Shown one piece after another: positions 1 to 13,679 of a DNA stretch of 64,000 bases. Source of the DNA: Amoebidium appalachense (Eukaryota > Protista > Ichthyosporea). How positions within the stretch are numbered: the first letter of the stretch is position 1; each line of letters begins with the position of its first letter. Below the pieces are notes generated by a model. It made no database searches, was not told where the DNA came from, and saw only the letters and a list, made by a program, of their open reading frames with translations. The DNA lies in contig CAVNZM010000012.1 in the NCBI GenBank assembly GCA_963693365.1, positions 2,728,001 to 2,792,000 on the forward strand, in the 5' to 3' direction. Position numbers and translations under genes: made by a program.

Positions 1-348
1 TTGTCTTGCTTGCAATTGTGTATTTTCTTATGCTTAGCATAAATCTGGAAACATCTACACTGATATTACTGCCCCCCCCCCCCCCCCCCCCCCCCCCGGG
101 GGGGTAAAATCATGTATGTATGGACAAAGCTTGTAGCCTCTTGTTGAGTGACCATGGGTGCAAATTTGCTGTTGGCCTGGTGCCAGCACCTCATCACTGC
201 CATAACAAAACCAAAAAAAGAAGTAGGAATAGTAATAAACATCGATAATGAACAGCATGTGCAATATCCGGATATCGATCCTGGCTATTCGTAATGTAAT
301 ACTAGTAAACGCCTCCGGAAATTGCCTCCGCCCTCCCGGGGGCACATG

Positions 349-382
<34 letters not shown>

Positions 383-1067
383 AACACACAGGCGCGCGCG
401 CGCATATATATGGGCGTACACACATGCACACACACGAACACATAGACACATGCGCGTATGGGCGTGCACGCACACACACACACACAACCCTACTCCGCAC
501 GCACACATGTGCGCGCTTACGCACACACACACACACAGCCACACGTGTGCTCACGTGCGTACACGTACACACAACACGTATGCCCCCGTGTAGACACACG
601 TGCACACACACAATCATTGCCCTTGTGAGCGCACACACCACCAAAATTTATGGCACGCACAAGAAATGTAGCAGATCATGATGGCACTGGTTCACATTTC
701 ACAACACATGAGCAAACCCGTGAAGATAGATACCTTTATTTGGCTACTATTTCAATTATCCAAATAGATTTAAGTGTCTTCACACAAGCATATGTTACTG
801 AGACAATCGCTCAGCCTATGAAACTTTCAATATTTCAAACACCTTTGAAACCATCCAAAGCTGGCCGTAGCTGGCAGAAAACCCGCCTATATTCATTACA
901 TCATTTCACTGTTATATTAACCCTAACTGGACGCAAAATCACATCACTCATACTCTATTGTTAAAGCTTACTTTTCCAATGGCATGGTGTACATAAAAAT
1001 AAAATGCACACGAATCCAAAGGCGCCGTGAAACTATTAGTCAAATTATCAAATATAAAAATACGGAT

Positions 1068-1335
1068 TTATGCCGTGGCTGGGCGCAGAACCATGTAGCT
1101 CACTCTATCGTTGGTACGGTCGGCAAATCCTTCATCCGGGCACAATGGGCTCTCCGCACGCAAAGTAACGAGATCGGCACGTCTGGGAGGAGAGAGATGG
1201 TAATGTTAGCAAAGGTAGTGGGGAAATAGTGGGGAAATGCCATGAGTGTGTTCGTGTTTTATGGTTGTGGAGGGCTGCCATCCGTGTGTGTGTCCGTGTG
1301 CGTGTGCGTGTGCATGTTGGCATGTGTGTGTGTGT

Positions 1336-1381
<46 letters not shown>

Positions 1382-1803
1382 GAGAAGGGGTACATGTTTC
1401 CCAAATGTAGGTACTGCTGCATGATTCTTGCATGTGACTGTGTGGATCTGGTTTTGGTTGACCGGGTCAGAAAGCAACACTGGGGTGTTTGTAGCCGAGG
1501 AAAGAAGGGGGGGGGGGGGGGGGGGGGGGGGGTTGGTTGGTTGTTACCTAGTCTGGTGGCGCACGTAACCGAAGGTAGGGTCCTTGAACCAGAGTGAGCC
1601 AAAGACCACAGGGGCGGCTGTAGCAACAAAGCCGGCATTGGCAAAGCGCACGGTCGTGAAAGAGCTTGTGACTCCGTCAACGGTACCGGCAGCAAAACGA
1701 ACAGATGGGCCACCAGAGTTGGCAATGGCTGTGTGGGAGAGAGATATAGGTCAGTATGGGTGTGAAGAGTGCATGTGAGAGTTGGAGGAGAAAAGGGTGG
1801 GGT

Positions 1804-1840
<37 letters not shown>

Positions 1841-2716
1841 TGTGGTTACAGAGTATGAAGTGCACATTTACCGAAGACAACACAATACTTAAACCTTCTG
1901 CAGAGGGCACAGGAAGACCATGCATTATGGGCAGGGGTAGGGAGAGAAGGACGGAGAAAGGGGGGGGGGGGGGGGGGGGGGGGTTTGGGGGGGGGGGGTT
2001 GTCGTTTTCCATGCTCAAATGCTCGAAAAGATAGTGGGCTGGATGAACCAAGATAACACAATAACCAACACAAGGGAATCAGAGAGGAACATCATCAGGT
2101 GGGAGAAAGAAAAAAAAACACACCTCCAGGGTTGGACTCGACCATCAGCACACCCACGATAACTTGCTGCCTGTTTGCCGTGTCAGGGTTGCCCTGTGCG
2201 ACAACCTCCAACTGCGTACGGCCCACACGTCCGGGACGGATAACCACAGATTCTCCCTCGCGTTGGTCCTGAACCTGACCGAAAACGGCGGGCGTGCGTG
2301 TGATGGTGGCATATTTCATGGTGAAGTTCTGGTTCACAACCACCTGTGCGCGTGTTGCCATCATACTCGAACCACCGAAATCGAACTGGCTGCCTGGGCG
2401 AACGGCGAACCAGGCAACGGCTTCTAGTTGGTGCACACCGTCACTGCATGTGGCCTCCTGAAGCCTGTGTGGAAGAAGCGGTGGTTAGCATTACTCCTGA
2501 TTTGGATGCTTTCTACCTGTGCACGTACCATAAATGCACCTTGTGACAGAGCAGGATGGGGGTGCACGTGTTCGTGCAGTGTGCGTGCCCATTAGCATGA
2601 CGAGATATCTTTCGTTTCAAAGAGTATTGTCCCTGTGTGTCTGAGTGTGATTGTGTACCTGTGCACGTGTGCTTGATTTTATTTTTTATTTTTTTTTTAA
2701 TTTTTTTGGTGGTGGT

Positions 2717-2753
<37 letters not shown>

Positions 2754-3396
2754 AAGTACTTAATCTTGAAGCCGAGGTTGGTAACTTCGGTGATGATCAC
2801 CTCGGCAGGGTCCGGGCCACCAGCACCGGCAGGGCCGGCAATAACCACGGGGATAACATCAAAACCGGTCTTGAACGCCACGGCCTTCCAGGTCGTGTCG
2901 ACGTTGAGAGCCCCCACCTCGTAGGTCTTAGCACTAGACACAGAGCATGCACCACCGGCACCATATCCGGTAGATGAGCAATTGGCAGGTACGCACGCAC
3001 CGTTGAGCAAGGCGAACCCGGCCTTGCAATCGCACGTGAAGCTGCCGATTGTGTTTGCGCAAACGGTGTTAGCCAGCTTGCAGGGGCTGATACCGGCCTG
3101 GCACTCGTTGGTGTCGGCACACGACACACCGTCACCCTGGTAGCCGGCGTTGCACTTGCACGCCTTGCCGGTAGAGGCACCGTAGCCACCACTGAGGGAT
3201 GCGCACTGGGCGTTGATGTGGCATACCTGGCGCTCACACACTGTGGGGGTGACAGCGTTAGATTGTGTTACAGGGCTCTGTTTGTTGTGTGTGTGTGTTG
3301 GGGGAGGGGGGAGGGAGGGGGAGGGGGAGGGGTGGGGGATGGGCTGGGGTGGATTAATTAGATGGAAAGCAGACACCCGAAAGAGAGGGAAACAAG

Positions 3397-3458
<62 letters not shown>

Positions 3459-4328
3459 TTGGGGGGAGGGGGGAGCGGGAGGGTTAGAGAGGGGCACACA
3501 GGGAGGGGGGAGGGGGGGGGGGGGGGGGGGGGAGGACACATACCAGTACCAGTGACCTTGATGCCGAAAGTGGCCACGGCACGGCTGCTGACATCCACGA
3601 GCACATCGGAGAGGCCATCGGGAATACCATCGGGGTCGAAGCTGAACTCATTGCCCAGAGGCGGCTCAATCACAACCATGTAGCGACCCGCGGGTAGGCG
3701 AGCAAACTCGATCCGACCCGTAGTGTTGGTGGTCTGGGTGGCGACGGTTGCGCCGGTCTCATCCTGAATCTTAACCTTAACACCTGCGGCAGGTGGGTTG
3801 GTGGGGTTGGGAGCACCGCTGCGGTCCTTATCGACTTGCACGCTAACGACAACCGTCGATTCGGCAATGCGGCGAAGACCAAACGTTGTGGTGGCGGGGG
3901 TGCCGGGCTGAACAGTGACCTGTGTGCGTCCGTCGGGCGTACCGTCGGCATCGAAACTGTGCGTGCTGCCGCGGGGAGGAGTAACCTGCACGCGGTATGT
4001 GCCGGGGATAAGGTTGGTGAAGGTGACCTTGCCCGTCTCATCGGTGGTAAAAGTGCTGATGGTGGCACTGGTGGTTGGGTTGACCAAGGCCACGGACACA
4101 CCCTTGATGGGCTTGGAGTCGGGCTGCACCTGGCCGGTACCGCGGTCGTCGGAGACGATCGAGACGGTGACGGAGCCATCCTCTGGGTTAGGGTTTTAGT
4201 TAGTTGGTGTGTTGAGAATCCATATGCTGCATCATAATGCATCCTCCCCCCCCCCCCCCCCCCCTCTCCGCCCCCCAAAAGCGAAACTACTACAGTGCCC
4301 GTGCAGCAGAGAGAGAGATAGAGGATAT

Positions 4329-4363
<35 letters not shown>

Positions 4364-4378
4364 GTGAGTGGAGGGAGG

Positions 4379-4424
<46 letters not shown>

Positions 4425-7400
4425 GTGAGTGGAGGGAGGGGGGAGGGGGGGGGGGGGGGGAGGGGGGCCATACGTCTCGGGCGGATGCCGAAGGTGGTAG
4501 CAGGGGCCTGGTTGGGGCCAACGGTCACGGGCACACTGCCGTCAACATTGCTATCGGGCTCATATGCAACCTCCATGCCAGCGGGGATATCGAGCTTAAA
4601 AGTGTAGCTGCCGTAGGGCACATCCTTGAACTTGTACGTACCATCAGGACCAGTGGTGGCGGACTGAATAACCTTACCGGTGGAGTCAAGAAGACGCACA
4701 ACGGCGCCAGCAACGGGCCTGTCATTATCGGGCCGGCCATCGCGGTTCTCGTCACTGAGAACGCGACCAGAGAGATCCTCCGAGGCAGGGCGCAGGCCGA
4801 AAATGGCGTTGATGGGCGTGCCGGGGGCAACGGTGATGGGGGCAACACCGTTGTTGGCGCCGGTGGGCTGGTAGCTGAACGGGCGGTTGTTGGGCGTGGG
4901 CACCACCTTGATGCTGTATGTGCCGGCAGGGACGTTGGGGAATGTGTACGTGCCGTCAGGGCCGGTGGTGGTTGTCCGAACAACCTTGCCAGTGGGATCC
5001 AGCAACTGAACAGTCACGCCCGGCAAGCCAGGGTCATTGGTTGGGTTTCCGTCGCGGTTGACATCCTCATTCACCTTACCAGACACGGTGCTTGTGGCTG
5101 GGGTCAGGCCATAAGTCACCTGCAGAGGCTGGCCGGGCACAACAGTCACAGGGACCTCACCGGTGGGGCTGCCACCGGTCGGCTGGTAGGCAATCTGGCG
5201 GCCGGGGGGCACATCCACCTTAATGGTGTACTTGCCGGCGGGAACATCCGGGAACTTGAAGGTGCCGTCGGGGGCAGTGGTGGTGGTCTGAATAACCTTG
5301 CCGGTAGGGTCAAGGAGACGCACGGTGATACCACCCAGACCTGGGTCGTTGTCGGGCTTGCGGTCACCGTTTCTGTCTTCGCGCACGACACCTGTAATGG
5401 TGACGGCAGAACGGCGCACACCGAAAACGGCCTCACCCGGGGCATCGTTGGTGGCTGTGATGTCAGCGGTACCGGTGAGGGAGTCGCTCGGATCATAGCT
5501 GACGTCATAACCCTCTGGGGGCTCGATGGCCACTGTGTAGTCGCCGGGTGGCAGCTCGGTGAACTTGTAGTTACCCTCTGCATCGGTGGTCACGTCGGCA
5601 AGGGTAATGCCCTCGATGTCCGTCAAAGTCACGACGACTCCGGCCACACCCGCCACATCACCGTCAGGGGAGCCGTACGGTGCCTCATCCAACCAAACCA
5701 TACCAACAACCTGTGCGTTGTTGCTCGGTGAGAGACCGAAGGTGCTGCCGATGGGTGTGCCGGGCACGTTCTTGATGGGGAACACACCGTTGGTAGAGCC
5801 CTGGGGCTCATAAGAGAAGCCAGTGTTTGCAGGGGCCACCACCTTAACTACATAGTCGCCGGCAGGCACGTCCTGGAAGCGGTACTTGCCCTCATCATCC
5901 GTGGTGGTGCTGGTGAGCACCTTACCGTTGCGATCAAGCAGCTGCACCACCATGTTGGGTGCAGGACCATCACCGGCGGGGTTGCCGTTGCGGTCGGCAT
6001 CAAGCAGAACGGTGCCGGTAACATCCTGGGTGCCGGGGCGCAGACCGTAAATGAGGTTGTTCACGGGCACACCGGGGCGGACGGGAACGGGAGCGGCACC
6101 ATTTGTTGAACCGGTGGGCTGGTAGCTGAAAGTCATGCTGCCGGGGGGGATAACATTGACAATGTAGTTGCCGGCAGGGACGTCGATGAACTGGAAGCTA
6201 CCGTCATAGTCGGTGGTGGTGACGGTAATGGGTTTCTTGGTGTTGGGGTCGAGCAACTGAACAGTAACGCCGGCAAGACCTGGGTCACCCAGCGGCTTGC
6301 CGTCGAAGTTCTGATCGCGGTTCACCTTACCAGAGACTGTGGTACCTTGTGTCTTAATGCCAAAGTCGGCAGAAATGGGCTTGTTGGGCTCAATGCGCAG
6401 GGGCATCTCTCCGTTGTTGGAGCCAATGGGCTGGTAGCTGACCTCCGTGTTGGGGAGGGGCACAACCTTAAGCGTGTACGTACCAACGGGCACATTGGGG
6501 AACGAATAGCGGCCGTCGGGGCCGGTGGTGGTGGTGTCCACAACCTTGCCCTGGGGGTCAAGAAGCTGCACCGTAACACCGGGGGAGCCGGGGTCACCGT
6601 TAGGCTGGCCATCGCGGTTGTTATCTGTCCTGATGATACCGCTGACGGGAGAGCCAATAGGCTTGAGGCCGAATGTGACGTTGGTGACGGGGGTGCCGGC
6701 AGTGACGCTGACGGGGGCAACACCGTTGTGTGCACCGGTGGGCTGGTAGGCAAGGGTGGTGCCGGGGGGAACCACCACACGCACTTGGTACTGGCCTGCG
6801 GGGATATCAGAGAAGGTGTACGAGCCGCTAGCATCGGTGGTGGTGGACTTGATCACCTGACCGGTGGTCCTATCCACAAGCTCCACAGTGACACCGGGGG
6901 TACCGCTGTCGCCGGCGGGCGTACCATCGTTGTCAAGATCACGGTTGACCTTGCCTGAGATGGTAGTACCGATAGCCTTGACACCGAACGAGCCCTGCAC
7001 CGGCTGGCCAGGGTTGACGGTGATGGGCAGCTTGCCGTTGGTGGCGCCGTTGGGCTGGTAGCTGAACTGGGTGCCGGGGGTAGGCACAACCTCCACAGTG
7101 TACTGGCCGGCAGGCACAAACGGGAAAGTGTATGTGCCGTCGGGACCGGTGGTGGTGGTGCTGACAACATTGCCCTGGGGGTCCAGAAGACGCACAGTGA
7201 CACCGGGGGCGGCCGGATCACCATCAGGGCGACCATCGCGGTTGACATCGTTGGTGATCTTGCCGGAAACCGATGCGCCGTTCGGGCGGATGCCGTAGAT
7301 GATGCCGGTGATGGGGTTGCCTGCATTAACGGTGATGCTACCCTGGCCGCTCTGGGAGCCCACGGGGCCATATGCAATGACATTGTTTGTGGGGGGCACA

Positions 7401-10400
7401 ACCTTCACGCTGTAGCTGCCGGCAACAACATCACGGAACACAAACTGGCCGTTGCTATCAGTGGTCACGGTCTGCAGAATGGCTCCACCGGGGCCAAGAA
7501 GCTGCACGGTCACACCCGATGCACCGGGGTCATTCTCCGGCCGGCCGTCGTAGTTGGCATCCTGGTTGACGCGGCCGGCAACAATATTGCCGATGGGCTT
7601 GAACCCATAGGTCTCCTCGATGGGCTTGCCCGGGGTAACGGTGAGGCATGACTGGCCGTTGGTGGCGCCGGCAGGCTGGTAGCTCACCTCCTGACCGGCC
7701 GGGGTGATAATGCGGATGCAGTAGTTGCCCTGGGGCACGTTGGGGAACTTGTATGTGCCATCAGGGCCGGTGGTGGTGGTCTGAATGACGTTGCCAGTGT
7801 TGGGGTCGATCAACTGCACAATTACACCGGGTGCACCTGGGTCACCATCGGGCTTGCCGTCGCGGTTGGCGTCAGTGTTGATTTTGCCACCAACATCAGC
7901 GCCAGCGGGACGGAGACCATAAATGTAGGAGGTGTCTACGCCGTAGATCAGATTGACGGGGATGGTCTCGCGGGTGCTGCCATCGGGGGCAAAGCTGATG
8001 GACTTGCCGGCCGGCACGAGGATTCTCACGCTGTAGGTGCCCACGGGCATGTCCGGGAACAGGTATTCACCCTTGGCATCGGTGGTGGTGACGGACAGGA
8101 CTGCACCGGCCTTGTCCAGCAACTGCACACGCACGTCAGCCAGGGGGCGTCGCCGGCGGGGGAGCGGTCGAGGTTCTTGTCATCAACGACGCTGCCCTTG
8201 ATGTTGCCAGTGGCCGGCTTGATACCAAAGTTGACCTCCTGCTTCTGCCCGGGCACAACGTTGACCTTTGCCTGTCCATCGAGGACCTTATCGGGGTCGA
8301 AGGAGACAACAAAGCCATCGGGGGTCTCCATTCTGACGGTGTAGGTGCCGGCAGGGACGCTCTCAAAGAAGTACTTGCCCTGCGCGTTGGTGCGGGTAGT
8401 GCGGACCACGTTTCCGGCCTCATCGATCAGACGCACAATGACGTTGGGCACAGGCACACGGATGGAGTTGTAACCGGCATCCCATTCCTCGCGGAAGACA
8501 AAACCACTAATGGAGCAGCTGCTATCCCTGAGACCGAAAGTCACCGAGACGGTCTGTCCGGCAGGGACGTTCAGAGCAACATTACCATCCTTGGTGTTTC
8601 CGGTCTGGTAGCTGATGATGGTACCATCGGGGAGAACAGCCTTAACCGTGTAGGCGCCAGCAGGCACGTTGGTGAAGGAGAACTTGCCGTTGGCATCGCT
8701 TGTGGTGCTCTGCACAACAGTGCCGCGAGAATCGAGCAGCTGAACGGGCAGGTTGGGGTATGCGGGATCGCCGCTGGGCAGCCCGTCGCTGTTCTGATCG
8801 CGGAGGACCAGACCGGCAATGCTGCCTGTGGTGGGTTTCAAGCCGAAAACGTTGCTCACGGGGATACCATTCTTCACCCCCACATCGAAAGAACCATCGG
8901 GCTTATCATCACCATCGTAGCTGACGGCAAAGTTGGAGGGGGGCTTGACCTGCACGGTGTATGCGCCAGGCGGGAGCTTCTCGAAGCGGTAGTTGCCGTT
9001 GGTGTCAGTGGTGGTGCGTGCAACCTCCTGGCCGTTATCGTCCAAAACAACAACGGTGGCACCAGGGACAGGCTTGCTGTCGCCGGCCGGCGTGCCGTCG
9101 AGATTTTCATCCACAACAACCTTGCCGGTGATAACACCCTCAGAGGCATCCCTCAGGCCAAACTCGATACCGTTGATGTTGGTGCCGGTCTTCACGCTAA
9201 TGGCCGTGGTGCCGTCGGTGGTACCGTCAGCATCATACGAGACAACCTTGCCGGTAGGAATGTCAATGCGGATAGAGTAGCTGCCGGGGGCGAGGTCAAG
9301 GCGCCACGAGCCATCATCGGAGCTGGTGGTGGTGGCAACGGTGCGGCCGGTGGAGTCGATGGCACGCACGGTGATACCGGCCAGACCTGGGTCATTGTCG
9401 GGCTTACCATCGCGGTTGTTGTCGCTACGAACAATACCCTGGACAATCTGGGTGTCGTTGCACAGGCCAAAGATAACACCGTTGACGTTGGATCCCTGGG
9501 GCAGGGTAACAGACAGGGCACCGTTGGTGGAGCCGGTGGGTGCATAGCTGATACGCTTGCCTGGCGGAATGACAATGCGCACGGTATAGGTGCCGGGGAC
9601 AGCCTCGAACGTAAACACGCCGTTGGTGTCCGTCACCACCGTATTGACGATCTGACCAGCGGCGTTAACCAGGTTGACAGTGATGCCCTTGAAACCGGGG
9701 TCATTGTCCGGGCGGCCATCATGCGTGACGTCATCGAGCACCTTACCGGTGATGGTCTGGGTGGCATCACGGATGCCGAAAACGACACCATTGTAGTTGT
9801 TGTTGGACTGCACGGTGATGGGGGCAGTGCCGTCCTTGTTACCGCTGATGTCGTAGGCAATAACCTTACCCGAGGGCAGAGTCATCTTAACCGTGTACGT
9901 GCCGGGCACAACCTCCATGATGAAGTTGCCATTGGCGTCGGTGGTGGTCTGAGCAACGACCTTGTTGTTTATGTCCAAAATGGCAACGGCAATTCCGGCC
10001 ACACCGGCATCACCCTCAGGCCGGCCATCGCGATTTGCGTCGTTCTGCACGCGGCCGCTAACGGCCTGGGTAGCATCGCGAAGACCAAAGAGAATGCCGT
10101 TGTAGTTGCTGCCCGGGACAACGTTGAGAGGGGCGGAGTTGCCGGATGCACCGGTGGGTGCGTAGGAGATAACCTTGCCGGTGGGGAGAACAACCTGGAT
10201 GGTGTAGCTTCCGGGCACAATGTCGGCCTTCCAGTTACCGCTAGCATCAGTCAACACGGTGGCGACAATCTTGCCGGTGGAATCAAGAATGTTGACCCGC
10301 ACGTTGGCCAGACCGTTATCACCCGTGGGGTTACCATCGCGATTGGCATCATCATTGACCTTGCCAGAGACGCTCTGGGTGGCGTCACGGAGACCAAACA

Positions 10401-11813
10401 CAACATTGTTGACGTTGGTAAGAGGCTGGATGGTAACGGGGGCCGTGCCATCCTTGGTGCCGGAAGTATCGTACGAGATGACCTTCCCTGAGGGCATGGT
10501 CACACGCACAGTGTACTGACCCGGAGGACCCTCCAGACGGAAGTTACCGGTGGCGTCGGTGGTTGCCTGGGAGACAATGCGGCCGGTGCTATCCACCAGG
10601 GAAACAACAACACCGGCAATACCGGCATCATTGGTAGGGGAACCGTCGCGGTTTGCGTCGTCCAAAACACGGCCGCTGACCGTCTGGCTGGCGTCGCGCA
10701 GGCCGAAGGTAATGCCGTTGACGTTGGTGTTGGGTGGGACCACCAGCGGCGCGGCGTTGCCACCGTTGGCACCGGTGGGTGCATACGAGATAACCTTGCC
10801 GGTGGGGAGAACAGCCTGAATGGTGTATGTGCCGGGCACAATGTTGAAAAGGAAGTTACCGTTTGTGTCAGAGCGAGTGGTAGCAATCACCTTTCCGGTC
10901 GCGTCCACCACGTTCACAGTCACACCGGTGAATCCAGCGTCACCAGTAGGGCTACCGTCACGGTTTGCGTCATTGAGAATCTTGCCCGAGACCGTCTGGG
11001 TGGCGTCACGCAGGCCAAAGACAACACCGTTAAGGTTGGTGTTCTGCTCAATGGTGATAGGGGCCGTACCGTCTCTCTTGCCGCTGATATCATAGGCAAT
11101 GACCTTACCCGAGGGCAGGGTGATCTTAACCGTGTAATCACCGGGGGGTGCTTCAAGGCGGAACCCACCAGAACCATCGGTAACGGTCGTAGAAGCAATC
11201 TTGCCGTCGGCACCAATCAAATCAACCTTAATGCTAGCCACACCCGGGTCACTATCAGGTTTACCATCGCGGTTAACGTCTTCAAGCACACGACCACTCA
11301 CGTACTGTGTGTTGTCGCGAAGACCGAAAACAATACCATCATAGGTGGTCTCGGGCTGAACGTCCAGTGGCAAAACATTCTGATCAGCATCCTCCGGTGC
11401 GTAGGAAACGATCTTACCATTGGGCAGCTCGACTTCGATCTGATACTGACCGGGCTCGAGATCGAACTTGAAGTATCCGTTTGCGTCGGTTTTAGCTGTT
11501 GCAATAAGGTTGCCGTCCTGATCACGTGCGTTTACAGTCACACCGACGAAACCGTTATCACCATCGGGCTTGTTGTCACGGTTGGCATCATTCAGAACAC
11601 GGCCGTGGATGGGTTGCTTGTTAACTGTGCGATAAAGTAGGAGGGGGGGGGGGGGGGGGTTAGATGTGCCGCATAATATGTACGATGTGCTCTTCAGTGC
11701 ACATGAGTCAACAAAAAATTGTCAGAGCCCATTTCTTAGGGATATTGATATTGAAAGGGGAGGGGGGGACGAAGGGTGGTGATGGTGGTGGTGGAGGGGG
11801 AGGAGGAGGAGAT

Positions 11814-11850
<37 letters not shown>

Positions 11851-13617
11851 CTAACCAAAAAAAAAAAAAAAAAGGTGGTGTCTACTGTTTGTGCAGAGAT
11901 CTGTGGGCGGACGGGTTGCAATTGGGGGGGAGAGGGCGCGGGGGGGGGGGGGGGGGGGGGGGGGGGAGGGGGGGGAGGGGGGGAGTTGTGCTGGCAAGCA
12001 AGATGAAAGGTTGGAAGGTGGAGAGGTGGGGCGAGGTTGGGGGGGGGGGGGGGGGGGGGGGGGAGCATTCTCAGAGTAAGGGCACAAATCCGTAACGAAC
12101 CTAATGCACGATGGGGGGAAGTCGGGAGTGGGTTGAGAACACAATCTACTGAAGTACACAATTACAACCATAACGTCATACATACAAAAGTATGCAATAT
12201 AATAAAGAAGGTTCTTGGGTAGTAGGGTTTATCCTTTTCCTTTTCCTTTTCCTTTTCTTTTTTCTTCTTTTCTTTTCTGTTTTTTTTTTTGTTTTTTTTG
12301 TTTTTTTTGAGGGGGGGGGGGGGGGGGGGGGGGGGGGGATGGCATCCACAGTTGCCTCCTTTCAACTCGGTCACTTCATGCATGCAGCCTAATCCAGAAA
12401 CCCTTATAACAAATTGTGTGCAAAAGTAAAAAGAAGCGACATGCCAGGGATAAAGAAAAACCAGGGTGGTGGTGGTGGTGTGTGGGGTTGGGGGGGGAGG
12501 GGGGGGGTCATGGTGCCTTAAGTAGGAAGGGGTAACCGGGGTTCTAACCATAGAGCCCATCAAGATCAACTATCCACGGAGTTATGTGTGAAGCACACAA
12601 CCCAAAGCCGCACACACAAATACAAGGGGTGTAAAGGTGGGTGCCGAAAGTTCCAGAGTTAAGCCCCGGGAGGGGCGGGAGGAGTAGGCGGGGGAGGGGG
12701 GGGGGGGGGGGGGGGGGAGGGGAGGGCATACTTTTGCACTGAACACCGTCACCGTTGTAGCCCGAGTTGCAGGCGCAGGTGAAGCTGCCGAGTGTGTTTG
12801 TGCACTGGGCATTCTGGTCGCAGTTGTGGGTGCTCTTCACACACTCATTCTCATCGGGTGGGCAGATGAGCGCAAACACCCAGTCACCCCTGTGGTGTGT
12901 TTTTGTTAGTCAGCTGATGGTGGAAGGGGTGGGGACACTACATGGTGATGGGATCCTGTTTGGTGATTATACATCCATTGCTGTGTGTGCTAGATATGCA
13001 TGCGGAGATCAAGGAGGCACATAATTCGAAATGGTAGGTGAGTGCTGGATTGAGCACAGGCAACGAACGTGAGCAGAAGGCGTGCAAACAGAAAACAGAC
13101 ACGACACGTACGACCACTTCATCTGCACCAACATCACAGACAAACAATAGACACACGTGCACATGAATGCATAGAATGACACCCTGACACCACAAGAAAA
13201 TGCTGATTTCAGATAAAAAAAATCCCGATTGGCTGACCATATATTACAAAACTTACACATGCACATAAGATCAAACCCCCCCCCCCCCCCCCCCCGTCCA
13301 CTTCTTTCTAAGCTTTCCTTTACATCATAAAGTTTGCTATCTACGTGAAACCTACGGGAGACAGCTGCACTGGGCTACGGATAGAAGGTTGCAACACAAA
13401 GTAATTCAGATACACACATGGCACCGTGAATGCACCAGGGAGAGCATGTGCGTCCAATCAGCAGACCAAAGTAACACCTTTTAGGCTTCTCATGCACAAC
13501 AAACAGGGGTTAATGCACATATACAAAAAAACACTGCCACCATCGCCCACCCACCCCTCCCTTTCCCCCCCCCCCCCCCACCAACCCACCCACCCACACT
13601 CCCACCAGTACAGCCAT

Positions 13618-13679
<62 letters not shown>

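Noticed and set aside
55-700. Numerous ORFs rich in HT/CV/poly-P/poly-G/ER here and throughout the window
   Set aside because: They are translations of (CA)n, (TG)n, (C)n, (G)n and (GA)n tracts in introns and intergenic DNA, not genes.
8143-8147. Frameshift splitting the adhesin into 1171-aa and 1300-aa ORFs (possible programmed frameshift or phase variation)
   Set aside because: One missing base in a G5 run restores a perfect repeat. The same error type recurs at 38531, 48955 and ~61826, which points to long-read homopolymer errors. Short reads would settle it.
4364-10491. Long plus-strand ORFs (e.g. 4364-5731, 6347-6958, 9721-10491)
   Set aside because: They are antisense shadows of the GC-rich, codon-biased adhesin exon.
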